64,000 nt of DNA from an uncultured Nitrospiraceae bacterium (GTDB lineage: Bacteria; Nitrospirota; Nitrospiria; Nitrospirales; Nitrospiraceae). Of the stretch, positions 61,518 to 64,000 are shown piece after piece; position 1 is the first letter of the stretch; every line of letters starts with the position of its first letter. The stretch lies in assembly GCA_963706325.1 (NCBI GenBank), contig CAVPLT010000004.1, forward strand, positions 608,001 through 672,000, read 5' to 3'. The notes under the pieces were generated by a model. It did no database searches, had not been told where the DNA came from, and saw only the letters and a program-made list of their open reading frames with translations. Position numbers and translations under genes: made by a program.

Positions 61518-61836
61518 CTATCCATGGTTGGATGAGTCATCCGGCAGAGCTGCCTGCGCATTGATGACTGTGGCCGATTCACCGCCATTTCTTTGAATAA
61601 TGACCCGGATCGTTTTATCGGTGGCGATTTCTGTCTTCGGCTTTCCGTAGGCATAGAAATGCATGAGGATTTCCAGCTGTGGCGAGCGCCCATTGAGCAT
61701 GCGCCTCTTCAGGCTGGCCTGATAGTCAGGATCCTCCACCAGACCTAGGGCGATCTCTTTAATGGTCACTGTGGCCCGGTTCTGGCACTCCTGGTTGCCT
61801 TCCTCCGGTCTTGGGTTTCCCTTTTTGAAATCTCAT
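61518..61836 (-). pseudogene. terminase-small-subunit/DUF5681-like protein, frameshift at ~61785
   Basis: MRFQKGKPKTGGRQPGV/QNRATVTIKEIA...YAYGKP. Confidence 0.55.
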
Positions 61837-62151
61837 GCTCGTTCTCTATTGCCTCTCTGTTTTGGAGGATCGGGACACTCAGGAATCACCGTCACATGTT
61901 TCGTATTCACGGCCGCCTGATAGCCTGGCCAGGACACATAGGCCCACGTCACGCCGTCCTCGTCGGTATGGACAAACTCGACGGGAAAGGGACCGTCGCA
62001 CCTGACCGTCTCCCGAGAGCCAGGTGATGAGGGTGCCAGCCTGAATAGGTGTAGACGTTTGCCCGTGAGGCTTTTGAGTCTCAGGGGGAGTGTTGCCCAC
62101 GTTCGGCGCTTCGTCGCGTAGGCGTTTGGCACGCTGCATCCAATACCCCAT
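61833..62151 (-). pseudogene. hypothetical protein, frameshift at ~61995
   Basis: ...ITWLSGDGQVR/GPFPVEFVHTDEDGVTWAYV; AGGAG RBS. Confidence 0.55.
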
Positions 62152-62173
62152 GGCGTTCCTCTCCTAACCCCCT

Positions 62174-62363
62174 ACCGACAACCGACAACTGACGGAAACA
62201 TCGCTGCAGTGCAGCTGGTTTGAGCGTCGGTAACCCCGCAACAGACAGACTACCGACAGGGTGGAACGTCTCGGGGAAGTGTCGGTACGTGTCGGTCTGG
62301 CTCGTACCGACGAGGACAGCCAGCGCGGGGACTCGCTTTTCGGTCCACCTGTCGGTTGTCGGT
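62174..62363. repeat. ACCGACA heptamer cluster (candidate replication origin)
   Basis: ACCGACA at 62174, 62181, 62252; TGTCGGT at 62280, 62290, 62350, 62357; plus near-matches. Confidence 0.75.
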
Positions 62364-62396
62364 ACGACATTCGAGTAGTTCACGCGCGACCGCCTT

Positions 62397-63916
62397 TCAG
62401 TCGGATACACCTGACGGTGCGTGTCGCGTCGGGTCTCTGACAATCGCCCCTTGGTCTAAAAGAGACTTCCACACCTGATTGAACAGCAGTCCGTCGGCAT
62501 TGCCGTGGCGTTGGATGGTGCGTCGGCTCAGGCATCGTCCCTGGGCGAGGGCGCGTCTGATACTCTGTTCGCAGCGACCGGCCGGGGTTCGGGCATGACC
62601 GGCCAGCAGCGGCGCGACACGTTGCGCTTGAGTCTTGAAATATTCGACGAGTTCCAAGGCCGCCCCGAGGGATTCCTCCTCAACCTGGGTCGCCTGGGGT
62701 TGGATGCCACGGCATGAATCAGCGCGAACCGCGGGGCATACCCTTTCAGCTTGGCGTAGGCACCGCGCACGATCGCAGGAAGGGCATGGTTTTCTTGTTC
62801 TCGACAATGCTGATCATGCCACTCGATGAACAAGGCTTTGGCGGTTGGACTGAGCGGGAGGACGATCGAGCTGCCGTCCGGATGAGCGGGCAGGCTATAG
62901 AGGCGTGCGACCAGTTCAGCGTACGCGTCTTTGACTGTGCTTCGTAGGATGGCCGACGGCCAGCGCACCGGTACGGGATTAGGAAACGCAAAAAGGAGGC
63001 GATGGAGAAAGCCGTCCTCGCGATTGTCTTCATCTAGGTCAGGCAACACATCCGGGGGTACACAGCCGAGGACGGACAGGAATGGTTTCGAGACCAAGAT
63101 AGGATCTTTGCCTTTTCGGTCGACCGCCAGCGGTTCCGAACTCCAGGCAGAGAGAAAAAACTGCTTATCAGAGCCATTCCCGTTTCGATATTGATTGAAG
63201 CCTTTAATCCACGCCGACAGCTCATCTCGTAATATGAGGATGCCTTGGGGATTCTCGCCCAGCATCCCACCCAAAGCTTCCGTGGTGACGTCGGCCGTCC
63301 ACGTGCGTTGAAAGACGGGCTTCTCGGGCTTGGCGGGCACCTCATCCGTTTCCCGCTTCTTGTGCGCATCGAGATCGCGATGATATCGGGCGATGCGTTC
63401 GTCATAGTCCGCCAGTGCGAGGCTGTACGCGTCTTTATATCGGTCCTGTTGGCGGTAGATAGGCGAGGCGACGAGGTTCAGGGCAGGCGTTTTCAGGGAT
63501 CCGGGATCCGCAATACACGCGAGATAGAGGGAGGCTCCAGCCGTCCAATCCGGTTTGAGCTGAATGGCCCGACGAGTGCCAATGGCGGCCCCAAGACACA
63601 CCAGGACTGGCGCAGCAATCAGATCCACCGGGACCGGCAGAGACGCCGCGGCCTCACGGACAAAGTCTTGGACCGGTTCCGGTAACGCTTCGACGGGAAA
63701 CGAGGGAGCGCCCACCTCTGCCTCATTCATGTCGGCTGATTCTTCCGCCGTACCGACACCGACAACCGACACAGGGGTGTGGGTCGTTGTAACGGCAAGC
63801 GCTTGCGGAGGCCCAGAGATCATTGAGGAGAGCCCGTCGAGAAAGTGATCCTGGACCCGTTGCGTGTCCGTCTTCGCGAATCGTTCGGCTTGTTGAAGGA
63901 ATGCCGTGTCACGCAT
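62397..63916 (-). pseudogene. DUF3987/YfjI-family P-loop replication protein, frameshift at ~62695
   Basis: FPVEALP, DPGSLKTPAL, DVTTEAL, RDELS, DGFLHRLLF; C-terminal winged-helix-like part is in another frame. Confidence 0.8.
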
Positions 63917-64000
63917 GTTGCAGGCCCTCCGCTTCGAGTAATTGCCAAGCATGGCCGACCGAATCGAGCGCCCTGTCCAGTTCGTCATTCGTCCAGGTGT

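Overview
64-kb GC-rich bacterial chromosome segment; gene content and repeat families suggest a Nitrospira-like organism (inference). Positions 1-52 kb are mostly core genome: a partial Ski2-like helicase, glgC, potABCD, a CzcCBA-type RND pump, def, a sulfur-carrier cluster (thiS-cysK-moeB-thrC-moaD-NIL-moeB-JAMM), clpS, hemW, signalling genes, metH and rph-rdgB. Six copies of a ~120-bp TIR-bounded repeat are scattered through it, and there is a small accessory patch at 26.5-30.6 kb. From 52 kb the window is mobile DNA organised around one tRNA-Pro(TGG) at 59830-59906, which carries an element on each side. (i) A ~7.9-kb island (51998-59868) crossed over at the anticodon loop and supplies a replacement 5' half of the tRNA; the old 5' half is stranded at the end of rdgB. 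(ii) A phage-satellite-like element starts right after the CCA end, with an integrase, divergent RHH regulators, a TerS-like gene, an ACCGACA repeat cluster (candidate origin) and a DUF3987 replication protein; it runs off the window. Many single-base frameshifts cluster in the accessory DNA. No CRISPR array or rRNA was seen.
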